A DNA stretch of 64,000 nt from positions 31,083,323 through 31,147,322 of the forward strand of contig JARFYF010000012.1 in assembly GCA_030265395.1 (NCBI GenBank), read 5' to 3'. Numbering within the stretch: the first letter of the stretch is position 1; each line of letters starts with the position of its first letter. Made by a program: the position numbers and the translations under genes. The notes beneath the pieces were generated by a model. That model searched no databases. It saw nothing but the letters and a program-made list of their open reading frames with translations, and was not told the origin of the DNA. Origin of the DNA: Rhina ancylostomus. Its lineage: Eukaryota. This document shows, piece by piece, positions 1 through 12,279 of this stretch.

Positions 1-1464
1 TTGAAATCACAAGTTCCCAGTGGTGGTATTTACCAAATGGAATTCAGCTCCCACTCACTAGCTACTCCACCACTACTAATTTCCCTTTTGATTTTGGTTA
101 TTTGAATGTTCAGTGACATTCAATTATACATACTGTTATAATCTGCTGCCATCAGATTTATAGAGCTTTTTCATCAAGTCTGCCTTGAAATTAAGGTTCT
201 TAAATTTATGACCAACCTGAAAAATTGGAAGCCTTCAGTGAACGTAACACTGAAAACAAAAGTTAAGTGATGAATACAGTATCAACTCTTCAAACTGATG
301 TGTTAGATAATGGTAGTGATTTTGCAGCAAGTTCAAGGTCAAATATCATTTATAAGTACACAAATGTAGTCACCAACTTATTTTCTTTTGTGTTCACTTT
401 TCAAAAGGTTATTTATATAGGTTTATAATTATAAACTTTTATATGATTATAAACACTTATAATTATAACTTTATAAAGGTTTAAATAATTATTTTTCTTT
501 TTCTTATGAAATATAGGCAGGTATTCCCTTTTTAAATATATCCAGATCTTGCAATGGACCATTGACAGACACTACAAATATCTTCCTTGTCAGAAGCAGA
601 GCCTGACCTGCAAATGTCACTTGTTCTCATTTTGAAAACTTCCCTTACTGCTCACACTGGGCAGTCTTCTATCGGTTGATGCATCAAGGGATGTCACATT
701 TTGATTTGCTTTTCTGTGGGAAAAGAATGTCCTGAAGCATTGCCAAAAGATGTGTTCTATCTCATATTACCAAGGAAGAAGAATTATTTGAACCACAGCC
801 ATCTCTTCCAACACTCATCACCTGTTAAAAGTACTGTCCAATTCCCAGGGCTCAAATGTTCCTTCTGATTTTTCTCTTCTATTTGCTATATGATATCAAT
901 GAGTATAATTTAAATTAATTCATATGAAACTGCTGCAACATTCCTCCTCCTCTCATAAATGTAATTTCATTTAACCACTCTTGCCAGAAAACTACTTTGC
1001 TGGTGTAATAAGCAACCATAATGTTAAATGCATCAGGGATATTGCTGAATGGGAAGCATAACTCCAGTCAAAGATCACCAAAAATAACACTTTAGTAGAT
1101 CAACAAACAGAGTAACTATAAAGTATACCATAAAGATCTATCTGGATTAAGGAAACTTCACAAATATAATGTTACCTTTATGCCCAACATTACATATACA
1201 ATTACTTGGAATATCAAAAGCACAACTTTTAAACAATATGTATGCTAGCCTCTTGTGCTATAGTATTAGTAATTTCTTTAAACAAACCTTCCTTGTATGC
1301 AAGGCTATTATCCTTCATTCATTGGAAAACACTACATTTTTAAAATTATAGACCTAAACTTGTGTTTGGTAAGTACTATTTCTTATGAAAAGATACAAAA
1401 TTGTATCATCACTTGAGGAAAATAATGATTAGTAAAGAGACTTTATTGAGCTTTAATGAAAGGA

Positions 1465-1790
1465 AATAACAGCAGAAACTTCTAGAGGTAATCAGGTGGT
1501 CAAGGTAGCTCTCTGGAGAAGAACAAAACACCTGCTTCAGGTCAGTGATCTGTCATATGAACTCGTAAAGGTTAAGAATTAAAACATATTTTAGGATGCA
1601 GATAAAGTTGGGCGTGGAGGATGGAGAAAGAAACAAAAAGAAAAGTGAGTGTGATTGCCCAAAGGCAAAATACTGCAAATGATGGAAATCTGACATAAAT
1701 AAAAATGCTGGAAGCACACAGCAGGCCAGGCTGCTTCTGTGGAGAAAGAAGCAGTTAATGTTTCAGGTTGATGACCTTTCATCATAATTG
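1465..1790 (-). mobile_element. Two short Penelope-terminal-repeat-derived elements
   Basis: aaatgctggaagcacacagcaggccaggctgcttctgtggagaaag...gtttcaggttgatgacctttcatca resembles the reverse complement of 49554-49675, which directly follows the GIY-YIG fragment. Confidence 0.6.
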
Positions 1791-3179
1791 ATTTATTTTC
1801 AATCTGTGATCAAAAGGAAAGAAGGCAGAAGAAATTAAATGATTAAAGGGGGGGACAATGGTACAAGATAAAAGGGGAAGGTAGAGAAAAATGAATTAAA
1901 GTGAGATTTAAATGAATAGATCAAAGCCATTATTTGAAATTGATGAACTCTTATTTGGTTCAGGAGGCTGCAAATTATTCATTAAACTTTTATTACATCC
2001 AGGTACAATCCTCTTGGATTATTAGAAAGAGAAATTTTTACTGATCTGTTTCACCACTGCACAGCAATGGGTTGGCAAACCCAATCTACAGAGGACCTGC
2101 ATGCTGCAAAGCATTTGGTGGCAGAGATAAAAATTTTACTTTGAGCTGCAGCTCTCTAAACTGCTGTTGTAAAGCCAGATTTGCAGCTCCCAAATCAGCC
2201 ATTTCACTGCAATAAGCAATTATATACCAGATGCTCACCACAATTATCTAATTGAGATGATCTAGAAAGATGTATCAGAGTTGATCTTATTTTCACAAGC
2301 AAGTCTGTGCCATAATGTTTCAACACCATTTGCAACCATTGTAAAAAAAACTCACTGTTGTATGATACTAATCCATGTCTAAATAAATTTGACCCCTTGA
2401 AGCTGATAGATTGAGGAATCTTTCAACTCATTGCCTTGAATTGGATTCAATCCCTGTATTTATCAACAAATGGAGATTGTGCTAACCCAATGCAACATCC
2501 ACTTCCTTTCCTATAGTTTCCAATATGTTGGATATTAGAAGAAAGCATTTGATAATGCATAAGACGCACAAAAGTTAGTAGATATCAATTCCTTGTATTT
2601 AGTTCTTTATGGTCATTTCCATAAAATAAACATCTCTTCTAAACTGACATTAAATACACTTCCATTGGGTGTAAGAACAGCGGCAGGTTGTGGAAAAAAT
2701 CGTAAATTATCTGTTAAATATTAAAAGAAAAAGTCACTAGATTTTAGATTATGAAACCCGTGAGAAAATGCACATTGGGACATCATCCAAGTTTTGTTTG
2801 GAGACTAAACTGTAGAATGCTCAGCTGGACACAACATGGTAACATGTGTGATTGGAAAGACCAGCAAAAACGAATGGTTAGCAGCTAGCCTGCTGGACTT
2901 CTAAGGAAATTGACTCTTTGGTTCTGTTCCAGGAAATAATTGTGCAGACACATATATGCAATGTGATTTTGGAATTAGAGAGAGGCTCCAGCAATAAAAG
3001 GAAATCCTAGTATCAACAAAAAGACAGCTCCAGAACTGGAAATGAATTTATTTTGCGAGTTATTTATGTGGTTGAAATGGTAGTGGCTGAAACTGAAAGG
3101 GTTCCTCTTTTCTCATTTCTGGCATTTTGCTGTATGATTTTGTGTTTGTATAAAGGCAGTTCAGAGTTTCAACTTTAAT

Positions 3180-4075
3180 TTGGTGGCAGCACCCTTGTCT
3201 CTGAATCAGAAAGTTGTACTTTTAAGTTGCACTTCAGAACAGCTGCACACAATTTTTATTGCAAGAAGAGTGAGATTGACAATTTGAATCATTTGAGGAC
3301 CAGTCTTTGCCAACATGGAAGTGCTAAACTTTGAGGGGTCCTCACAGAGGTTAGCCCTGGTGTAGGTTCAGTGATTGCATTCATTTCAGTGGAGAGGAAG
3401 CGTACCAAGAAAGAGAAGAAAATTGCAGGTATTCTAGTTTCCTGGTATTTTAAATGTTTTGTTTCTTTTGACTTAAATTTTGATTTTTTTTAAGCCTTAA
3501 TGTTTTTTAATTTTTGAACACTTTTGAATTTTCATGAATGTTGGAGTCTTTTGATAGTTTTGACAGTTGTTAACCTATGGGCCTGACTTTGCTGGCTTTT
3601 GAACAAGAAGTGGTGGGCTCACCAGTAGTGACAGTGCAAGTATTTTCCTGGAAGCACTGTCAATTAGATAAGATGTCAAGCCCTGTCATTCTTTCATATG
3701 AAAGATCCCGCCTAATATCTACACTCAACTAATCATAAAACAGATTATCTGATCATTTATTTAATTGCTATTTTGTAGGAACTTCTGTGTGCAAATTTGT
3801 TGCCGTGTTTACTCAATTTGCTGCTATGTTTACTCTAGTTACTGTCCTTTTCACATCGGCCATCTTGCCTTTCCACTCTCAGTCCTGATGTAGGGTTTTG
3901 ACCTGAAACATCGACATTTCTTTCCTCCCCACAGATGCTTAACCCACTGAGTTCTTCCAGCAGGTTGTTTGTTACTAAACTACAACTGTGACTGCACTTC
4001 TCAAAAGTACTTCATTGACTGTAAAACATTTTGGATGTCCTAATTTTGGGTAAAGTACTAATTAAGTTCAAGTAG
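3180..4075 (+). mobile_element. Fragmented tRNA-derived Deu-domain SINE (SacSINE1/AmnSINE-like), interrupted by other insertions
   Basis: tRNA-like head at about 3180-3250, Deu-like core (cagattatctgatcattt...ctgtgtgcaaatt) at about 3690-3810, and tail (gtgactgcacttc...aagtacttcattgactgtaaa) at about 3980-4075. Confidence 0.6.
3845..3975 (+). mobile_element. Short Penelope-derived repeat nested in the DeuSINE
   Basis: cagtcctgatgtagggttttgacctgaaacatcgac...cacagatgct...gagttcttccagca, homologous to 49572-49660. Confidence 0.7.
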
Positions 4076-4919
4076 TTTAGTCTTATTTTTCCCCAATGTA
4101 TACAATTTCAGATATTCCTTTCTTATCAGTGTGGCTTAATTGCAGATGCTAATTTTTGTATGGTGATGAGCACCAGAGTTTCCTTCTGTTTCGATCATTT
4201 TGTTCCCAAGCTCCATTGATCTGTTTCATAAAATGATTAATCCCCTTCTCAAGGGCAGTTTACTTAAAAATGGGGAATTCATGATGTTGAGAATCCATCC
4301 TTCTGAGTCAGATATTCTGTCTTTGCTGTTTCTCATTTATACTCCATCTATTTTCTATAAACTTTTTTGCTCTTGTTTATCCTCAGTTTATATTTTAGAA
4401 TTCTTGTAACCAATAATATAAAACGCCATGCATTGCTTGGCAGATTTTAAATTTAGAGTGTGGTGCAGACCTACCACATTTTCCATATTTGTAATCACTG
4501 TGATTAAAATACTTTGTTTAATTCTTTGAACAGCACCTAGTTTAGAAAAATCATAATTAATGTTTCAACATTGATTAACAAAACCTGTCTGGCTGCAAAA
4601 GATGTACAATGTTGACTAAAGAATTTGGTACATAGTTGATTTTGGCCTAAAAAATATTTAAATAATAATTACAGTTCCCATGGAAGTACTAATTTGATAT
4701 TGTAAACACTCTTTTTGAGAATTGATTTGTACCAAAGAGTTTTAATGTGGATTAAGTGGATGTGCACAGATGTTATTAGCCTTTGGCTTGGTGGAGCAGG
4801 GACCCTCCAGTGACTCAGTTGCCAGTTCACTGCCTAGTGTGGAGTTGAATCAGTTGACCAGGAAGATTCCCTGTTTGATTCCTGAAATGATGATCTAAGG
4901 AATGATGGAACCATATAGC

Positions 4920-6930
4920 ACAGAAGATGACTAGGAAATGTACAAAAGTCAGCAATTAGAGACAGAAAAGTTAGTAATGAAGGAGAAAATTAATTCTGAG
5001 GGAAAACTGAAAAGCAGTATCAAACAAATGGCAAGGGATATGTAAAATGGAAGGGGATAGCTAGGGTAAGTGTGGGACCCATAAGGACAAGACTGGAGAA
5101 ACCACTAATAGGAAACAAGGAAATGGCAGACAAGTTAAATCAATACTTTGCATTGGTCTTTAAGGGTGGAGAACACTGCAAATACCCCAAAGATTTCTGA
5201 TGGACTAGTTTCAAATAGTATGGAAGAACTTGTAAGCATCACTATGATGAGGGAAAATATATTGGAAAAATTAATGAGACTCAANNNNNNNNNNNNNNNN
5301 NNNNNNNNNNNNNNNNNNNNNNNNNNNNNNNNNNNNNNNNNNNNNNNNNNNNNNNNNNNNNNNNNNNNNNNNNNNNNNNNNNNNAAAAAATATTGGAAAA
5401 ATTAATGAGACTCAAGGCAATCAAGTTACCAGGTCCTGAAGGCCTGTCCCAGAGGGTTTCAAAGGCTGCAGAGGTGGTGGAACTACTGGTTGAAGTTTTT
5501 CTCTCTCAACCAAACTGAGATATGTGAGGGTACCAACGGATTGGAAAACTGCAAATGTGAATCCATTGTTCAACAAAGGAAGATATAAAGGAGGCAACTA
5601 TTGGCCTGCTAGCTTAATATCTGTCATTGACAAGATGCTGGAGTCTATAGTCAAGGAAGAAATAGCTAGTCATTTAGATAATGTGTTCAAACTAAGTCAT
5701 TATGGTTTTATGAAAGGTGAATCACGTTTTACAAATTTATTAGAGTTCTTGCAGGATGTAACAAGGAGAGTTGATTGAGGAGAACTTCTAGATTTAATTG
5801 ATTTAGATTTTCAGAAGGCACTTCACAAAGTGCCACATATAAGTCTAGTGCACAAGATAAGAACTCGTGGTTTCGAGGAAGTGTGTTAGTATGGATTGAA
5901 AACTAGTTATCCCACTGAAGACAGAATCAGAATAAGTGTTTTTTTTAAACTGGAAGAATGTATTAGTGGACTGCCACAAGGATCCGTTCTCGGCCTTTAA
6001 TTATTTATGATTTGTATTAGTGACCAGGAGAAGGAGGCAGATTGGAAAATCTCCAAGTTTTCTGATGACAGGAGAATAAATGGTTTGACATTTTGCAATA
6101 AGGATATTGGGAATCTGCAGCTGGATATCAATAGGTTGAGTGAGTGGGTGAAAACTTGGCAAATGGAGTTTAATGTGGGAAGTGTGAGGTTATGCACTTC
6201 TGTTGAAGGAATCTGAAGGCAGACTAATATTTAAATGAAGGAAGATTGCAGAAAAGCAAAGTAGATCTTGAAGTTCACAATAAGTTGGCAGGTGGTTAGG
6301 AAGGCAAATGCATAGTGGCCTTCATTGCAAGAGGGTTGGAGCCTTAGAAATAGAGCAGTATTACTACAATTGATTGGTTCAGCCACATCCGGGTATTGTG
6401 CATAGTCTTGGTCTCTTTATCTATTTAAGAAAGTATATGTTAGCTTTAGACAGTCTTAAAGAGATTTACTTGGCTAATTCTTGGAATGAGAGGTTGTACT
6501 ATCTTGAGTAGATAAGATCTATATTGGTGCTCGGAAGAATGAGGGATGATCGTATCGAAACATAAGACCTGCAGGGCACCTGACAGGTAGATATTTGAGG
6601 AGTTTCTACTAGTGGGAGAATCTTGAATGAGGGGACATGGTTACAAGGTTAGTAGATGGTCATTTAAAACTGAAGTGTGCGGGAACATCTCAAAAAGGGT
6701 GACGAATCTTTGAGATTGTCTCCCCAGCAATTGTGGATACTGGATCATTGCAGCAATTTAAAGAGGAAGTAGATAATTATTTTTGAAAGATCAGGGAATT
6801 GAAGGCTATGGGGAACTGGCACAGAAGAGTAGATGAGACTTGGGGCAGATCAGCCATGATCATATTGAATGAGAGGGCAGGCTAAAGGGCTGAGTGACCC
6901 ATTCCTGCTCCTAGTCATGTCCTTACGTTG
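4920..6930 (+). mobile_element. CR1 LINE, 5'-truncated, decayed ORF2 (RT) with 3' tail
   Basis: Broken frames read VPTDWKTANVNPLFNKG, NYWPASLISV, YGFMKGESRFTNLLEF, LDFQKA, GLPQGSVLG, ISKFSDD and WQMEFNV. CR1-type 3' end near 6840-6930. Confidence 0.92.
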
Positions 6931-6944
6931 TGNNNNNNNNNNTA

Positions 6945-7170
6945 AATATTGATCAGCATGCTGAGGAAATCTTCTGATTTTCTTCGATTATAATACCACT
7001 GTATCTTTTGCAGCCACTGGAGAGAGCCAACAAGTTCAAGGTTTAGCATCAACTTTTTCAGTTGGTACTTCAGAGTGTTAGCCTAGATTTAATGTACTCA
7101 TGTCTCTGGAGCAGGATTTGAACTTCGAACTTCTGCCTCAGAGGCAAAAATACCACCACTGAGCCACACA
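6945..7170 (-). mobile_element. Deu-domain SINE, 5' half
   Basis: The reverse complement begins tgtggctcagtggtggta...gcctctgaggcagaagttcgaagttcaaatcc (tRNA-like A/B boxes); same family as 3180-3250. Confidence 0.65.
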
Positions 7171-8054
7171 GTTCCTTTGAGTCAGTAAGTGAAATAACTC
7201 ATCCAGGGTAGCAATATGACTGTCCAATGGCTTCTAGTGGTAAGTGTGCTCAATGATGATGATCCAGTGTTACGATATGGCAATGTTTTCTGTGTGATAA
7301 ATGATCATTTACTTGAAGCAGTGCTGCACTGTTTGTCAACATTATGAGAACGTGGGGGAAGAAAGTTGATTGGACAAAAAGTAGTAAATATAACCTTTGC
7401 ATAGGCTGGTCACATGACACCAGTGTTACATTACAAATACTGTAAATACCTGGGACTTCTCCTCTTTCTCAAAAATGTACACGCAACACCCTATTTAAAA
7501 GTGGAATTACCTCCCACATTCAATTTGTGGCTAATTGTTCAAACTTTCCAAACCCAATTGCATACATTGAAAAAAAATTAATTTATTAAGAGTTGCTGAA
7601 CTACAGCTGGTGTAATCACAGCTAGCGAGTAACTTACTATTTGGTCTGTCTTACATATGTAATGTAGATCATTTCACTATGTTAGTTACATAACAAGCAG
7701 AAGGCGGTCTTCTCTTTGCCTTTGCAAAATCCATTAGGAGCTGCTTTCAAATGGAAATGTAGTGCTAAGAATCCAGGTTCCCTTCTTTTGTAGCGGGCTG
7801 AAGTGATGGTTGGATGATTCCCAATTCAATTTGCTCTGAACAAGGGGTAGTCAGTTTGTGCCAAGATGTTGGTGTGTAGCTACCATTAGGATACAACTAC
7901 TAGTACTTCGATCTATTTCCTTATTATTTCCAATATTTTTTTTACTGTTCATATAGTAGCACTTTAAGATTCTAGCACAAAAATTGATCAATTTACTAAT
8001 TTTAGGATTATGAACTGAAGGCAAACTCTGGGTGCAAAGCAAGCTTACATGGAC

Positions 8055-8370
8055 TTTAAGTCAAAGTTGAGTTTATTGTCATATGCACATGTGCAACGAA
8101 AACTTACTTGCAGCAGTATCACAGACACATAGCATCAAAGGCACAGCATTGACAAGAAAAACATAAATTAAGCATAAATTATAAAAAAAATTGTACAAGA
8201 AAGACTGTTTCCTCCCTCATTCTAAAGACATACGGGTAGGTTAATTTGGGGTTTAAAATGGGCAGTGTGGACTTGTTGGGCCGGAAGGGCCTGTTACCAC
8301 ACTAAATAAAATTTTAAAAAATTTAAAATTTAATTTAATTTAACACAATTAGAACATAAAAAATACAATG
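8055..8370. mobile_element. LINE 3'-end fragment (-) with a nested 5'-truncated V-domain/HE1-like SINE (+, about 8205-8345)
   Basis: gtttcctccctcattctaaagacatacgggtaggttaatt (V-domain-like) is followed by the CR1-like tail gggccggaagggcctgtt and an AT-rich (ttaaa/ttaat)n end. Confidence 0.55.
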
Positions 8371-9589
8371 TCTTTATCCTGATGTCAGTAAAGTGCCTAT
8401 TTTGATGATTACCATCTGCTCAATCACCATATGAGAGATCAAATATATAAAGATTTATCTTAAAAGGGGACATATTCAGAGGGATTATGTTAAGATTGAA
8501 AGTCACTGAAATTGACTCTGTCCTGTAACGTGGACCTAATACTTCTTGGCTTTAAAGTGATGCAGTGTGAAGTGATAATAATAATGAACCAAATGAGAAA
8601 CCAAAAAAAATGTAACAAGTAGATCTGCTGCAAGTAGCTTGCAAAAAGCCACCATGCTCTGGTGCCATCAATGTTGTGAGGTTTTGTAAAATTCATTTCA
8701 ACACTGTAGTACTTGTTGCTTAGGGTTTAAATTGAGCCCACAAGCTGAATTATTTACAATGTGAAATAAGTAACCTATTAATAACTTATTCACTTTTAGC
8801 AAAGAATAGTTTCTGCCCCTTTCACATACTTCATTTACATTTGAGGTTTCTAGTTATAGTGATGCCACAGTGAATATATGGAACTGTGAGGCAGTGGTCC
8901 CACTTATCGTTGCCGTAAAACCATGGAATGGGACCTCAAAAAAATGTATCACCATTTGTTCAAAACTGTTGTGGCACAAACTTGCCTAGACATGATAAGT
9001 GAAGTCCTCACAATCAGTTTCTGCTAACCTTTATTCAATTCAATAGATAGGTTCTATAGACAAGTCCATGTGAGTAAGCAAGTTTACTGTATGTAGCTGG
9101 ACTATATCCTATAGTAGGATTACCATTTGACATGATTCGTGCACATGAAGTGCAAAGGGAGTTGAGACTATTAAACTCAGTGTAATGACATCAGTCTGAT
9201 ATCTGACCTTGTACTCTTCCACAGGTTTCAGCTCATTACTGTTTGCACTTTACTTCCAATTTAGAAGGATGAGATTCTAGCAATGTAAATATTCCAGAAC
9301 ATAAGTATGTCTCCATACTTATCAATCATTATCTCCATGAACAAATTTTGGTATTCTTTGTGGACCAGTTTGAAAATTCTGATAGTGAAGGAAAGTGAAT
9401 CATATGCTTCTGATATGCACTGCACACACTATTAAATTGTTTTCTAATAGCTAGATATTTTATAGATGATCAATTTTTAAAGAAATGTTGTTGCATTAAG
9501 ATTTTGAAAAGAACTATTTTGCAGCAAGCCTATGTTTATAACCTCAGACAATTTTCTTCTATTCCAAGATTGTTGACATAATAGAAAAT

Positions 9590-10710
9590 CTTTAAGAAAT
9601 AGGAACATGATTAAGTCGTACATTCCTCAATCCTACTCTGCCATTCGGTAGTGTTATGGATAATCTGATCTTTGGCCTCAATGTTTACCTGCCTTGAACA
9701 TGGTTAATAACCCATGGTGTTCTGGGGTAGAGAATTCCAAGGATTCACAATTCTCTACCCCAATAATTCCTCTTCATTTCTGACATGGTTGATCCTCTGT
9801 CTTCAGACTGTGTGTGTGATCCTCTGTCTTCAGACTGTGTCCCCTGGCTTTAGACACCCTCACCAGGGGAAACATCTTCACAGCATCAACTGCTTCAAGC
9901 CTCCTCAGAGCCTTGTGTGTTTTGATTAGATCACTTCCCTTCCATCTGAACTCCCAGAGAGTTTAGATCCATTCTATTCAACCTTTTCTCTTTTTTCCTA
10001 AAAACGCTCTGATCCCAGGAGCCCAGCAAGTAAACTTTCATTGCACCAAATCTAAAGTTGGTAAATTCTTCCATAAACAGACCAAAACTCCAGATATAGT
10101 TTCACCAAAGCTATGTAGAGTTGCAGCAAAACTTTTATACTCTTGTGTGTCTTACTCCTTGCAGTGAAAGCTAATATACCATTTGCCACCTTAATTACTT
10201 CCTATACTGCATGCTAATTTCCTGTGTTTCTTGTGCAAGGGCACCCCAACAAAAATGTAGAAAACGGGAACCGGAGGTCACCAGACAGTTCTTCAAGCCT
10301 GTTCTGTCTTTCCAGCACAATCAGCATTAAACCTGTTTCNNNNNNNNNNTGTGATCTCATGGACACCAAGTTTTAATAGTCTTGTACTACTTGCGTAATA
10401 CCTTGCTTTTCTATTGATATTTCCTATCATTATGTGACATCTTCCAATTTTTTCATCTACTCAATAAACCTGTTTAAATCCTTTTGTTTACATTTCATTC
10501 GTTCATGGCAATTTACTTTCCCATCTATCTTTGTATTACCAGCAAAAAAAAGATGAATTATGTTAGTCCCTTCATCTCAGCCAATAATCTAAATTGTAAA
10601 TAGCTGAGACTCTAGCACTAATCCCTGAGGCCTTCCTATTAGTATCAGTTTGCCAACTTTAAAATGACCTGTTTATCCTTGCCTTCTATTTTTCAGCCCT
10701 TAACCAATTT
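9590..10710 (-). mobile_element. Decayed CR1 LINE 3' region
   Basis: Starts with the reverse-strand CR1 tail (taagaaataggaa...ctgccattc). Contains ctggggtagagaattcca (WNSLP region) and, near 10610, the PQG motif on the minus strand. Confidence 0.75.
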
Positions 10711-11229
10711 TCTGTCCAAAATAATGTACTGTACTTTTAATTGTTTAGTGAAAGGGGTACTGTTATATTTGAAAAGATTTTTCTGCAGCAAATCTTAATG
10801 GTTATTCTCTGAACTTGATGCATATCAGTTGATGAAACTTCTGGCTTGAAGGAAAGGATTCCCACCTGGAAATACTTTACTTGAGTGTGTTAATCAAAAT
10901 GTTTCCTTTTATTTTGGATATTTTACACTGGTGGCAACTTTTTGAACTTTGGTCATTTCCCACATGTACTGATCACTCACTTGGTATGCAGCAAACAAAA
11001 TGGCAAAGCTCCATGTTTGGTTTAAGGCTTAAATTCTCAGTAGATGATTCAATAAGAGGGAATTCATAAAGTTTGGGAAGCTGAAATGTGTTTTATTTAA
11101 GAAGTTCTCTGCAGTATACATAGAAGCAATAATTGTTGTATACCTAAAATTTCAACCAATATTGTAAACAGAATAAAGTCAGAAGGCTTGGTTGATCAGG
11201 TTTACAAAAATTAAGTTTATTGAAATATT

Positions 11230-12270
11230 ATGTTGTGCATGTCAGCTCTGGTTAACCTGTAGAAGGCAGAGGGTTGCTTTTGTGATTGGAAGCCTGTGCC
11301 ACAGGGATTGGTGCTGGGGCCCTTGCTGTTTGCAGAGGGTTGCTTTTGTGATTGGAAGCCTGTGCCACAGGGATTGGTGCTGGGGCCCTTGCTGTTTATT
11401 ATATACATTAATGATTTGGAAGTGAATGTAGGAGTTAGGTTTGCAAGTTTGCAAATGACACAAAATTGGTGATGGATGTTGATAGTGAAGAGAATAGTTT
11501 TAGGCTATAGCTGGATATTGTTAAGTTGGTAAAATGGGAAGAGCAATGGCAGATGGAATTTAGTCCTGATGTCTGAGGTGATGCATTTTGGGAGGACTAA
11601 TTAGGCCAGGACATAGTGCATGATAGGGCCTGAGGGAGTATGAGGAACAGGCGTGCAAGTCCAAGGATGGCTAGGAAGGCATATGGGATACTTGCCTTCA
11701 TAAGCCAGGGCATAGAACATGAAAGCAGGGAGGTTATGGTTGAAACTTTATAAAACATTGGTTAGGCCACAACCAGAGTAATGTGTGCAGTTCTGCCTGC
11801 TACACTGTAGGAAGGACATGATTGTACTGGATAGGCTGCAGAGGAGATTCACCAAAAATGTTGCCTTGGATCGAGCATTTCAGTTTTAAGGAGACTCTAG
11901 GCTGGGTTTATTTTCCAGGGGGACCTGAAAGAGGTGTATAAAATTAAGAAGGTCATAGATAAAGTGGATTAAAGAAACTTTTCTCCATAGTAAACGTATC
12001 TAAAAACAAAGGTTTAAGTTAAAGGGTCAGAGGTTTAGAGTGTATCTGAAGAAGATTTTCTCCTGAAACATGTTTAGAATCTAGAATGCACTGCCTGGGT
12101 GGGTGATGGAGGCAGAGATCTTAACAAAATTTGAGAAATATCTAAATAAGTATTTGAACAACTCGGGCAAAGAAACCCATAGACTAAATGCTGTTAAATG
12201 GCAAAATTACAGATGAACATGTTGGGCCAAAGAACCTATTTCTATGCTATGTGTTGAGATGATTCTATGA
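11230..12270 (+). mobile_element. CR1 LINE 3' fragment (RT C-terminus and tail)
   Basis: VPQGLVLGPLLFIIYINDL, KFAND, WQMEF and LVRPQPE..VQF; ends in gggccaaagaacctatttctatgct...attctatga. Confidence 0.9.
11266..11397 (+). repeat. Exact 66-bp tandem duplication inside CR1
   Basis: gcagagggttgc...ccttgctgttt occurs at 11266 and again at 11332. Confidence 0.95.
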
Positions 12271-12279
12271 CAGTAAGAG

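Noticed and set aside
7090-7170. tRNA-like A/B box sequences (also about 3180, 4810 and 63840)
   Set aside because: They continue into SINE-like bodies or are too degenerate, and no cloverleaf is evident; not tRNA genes.
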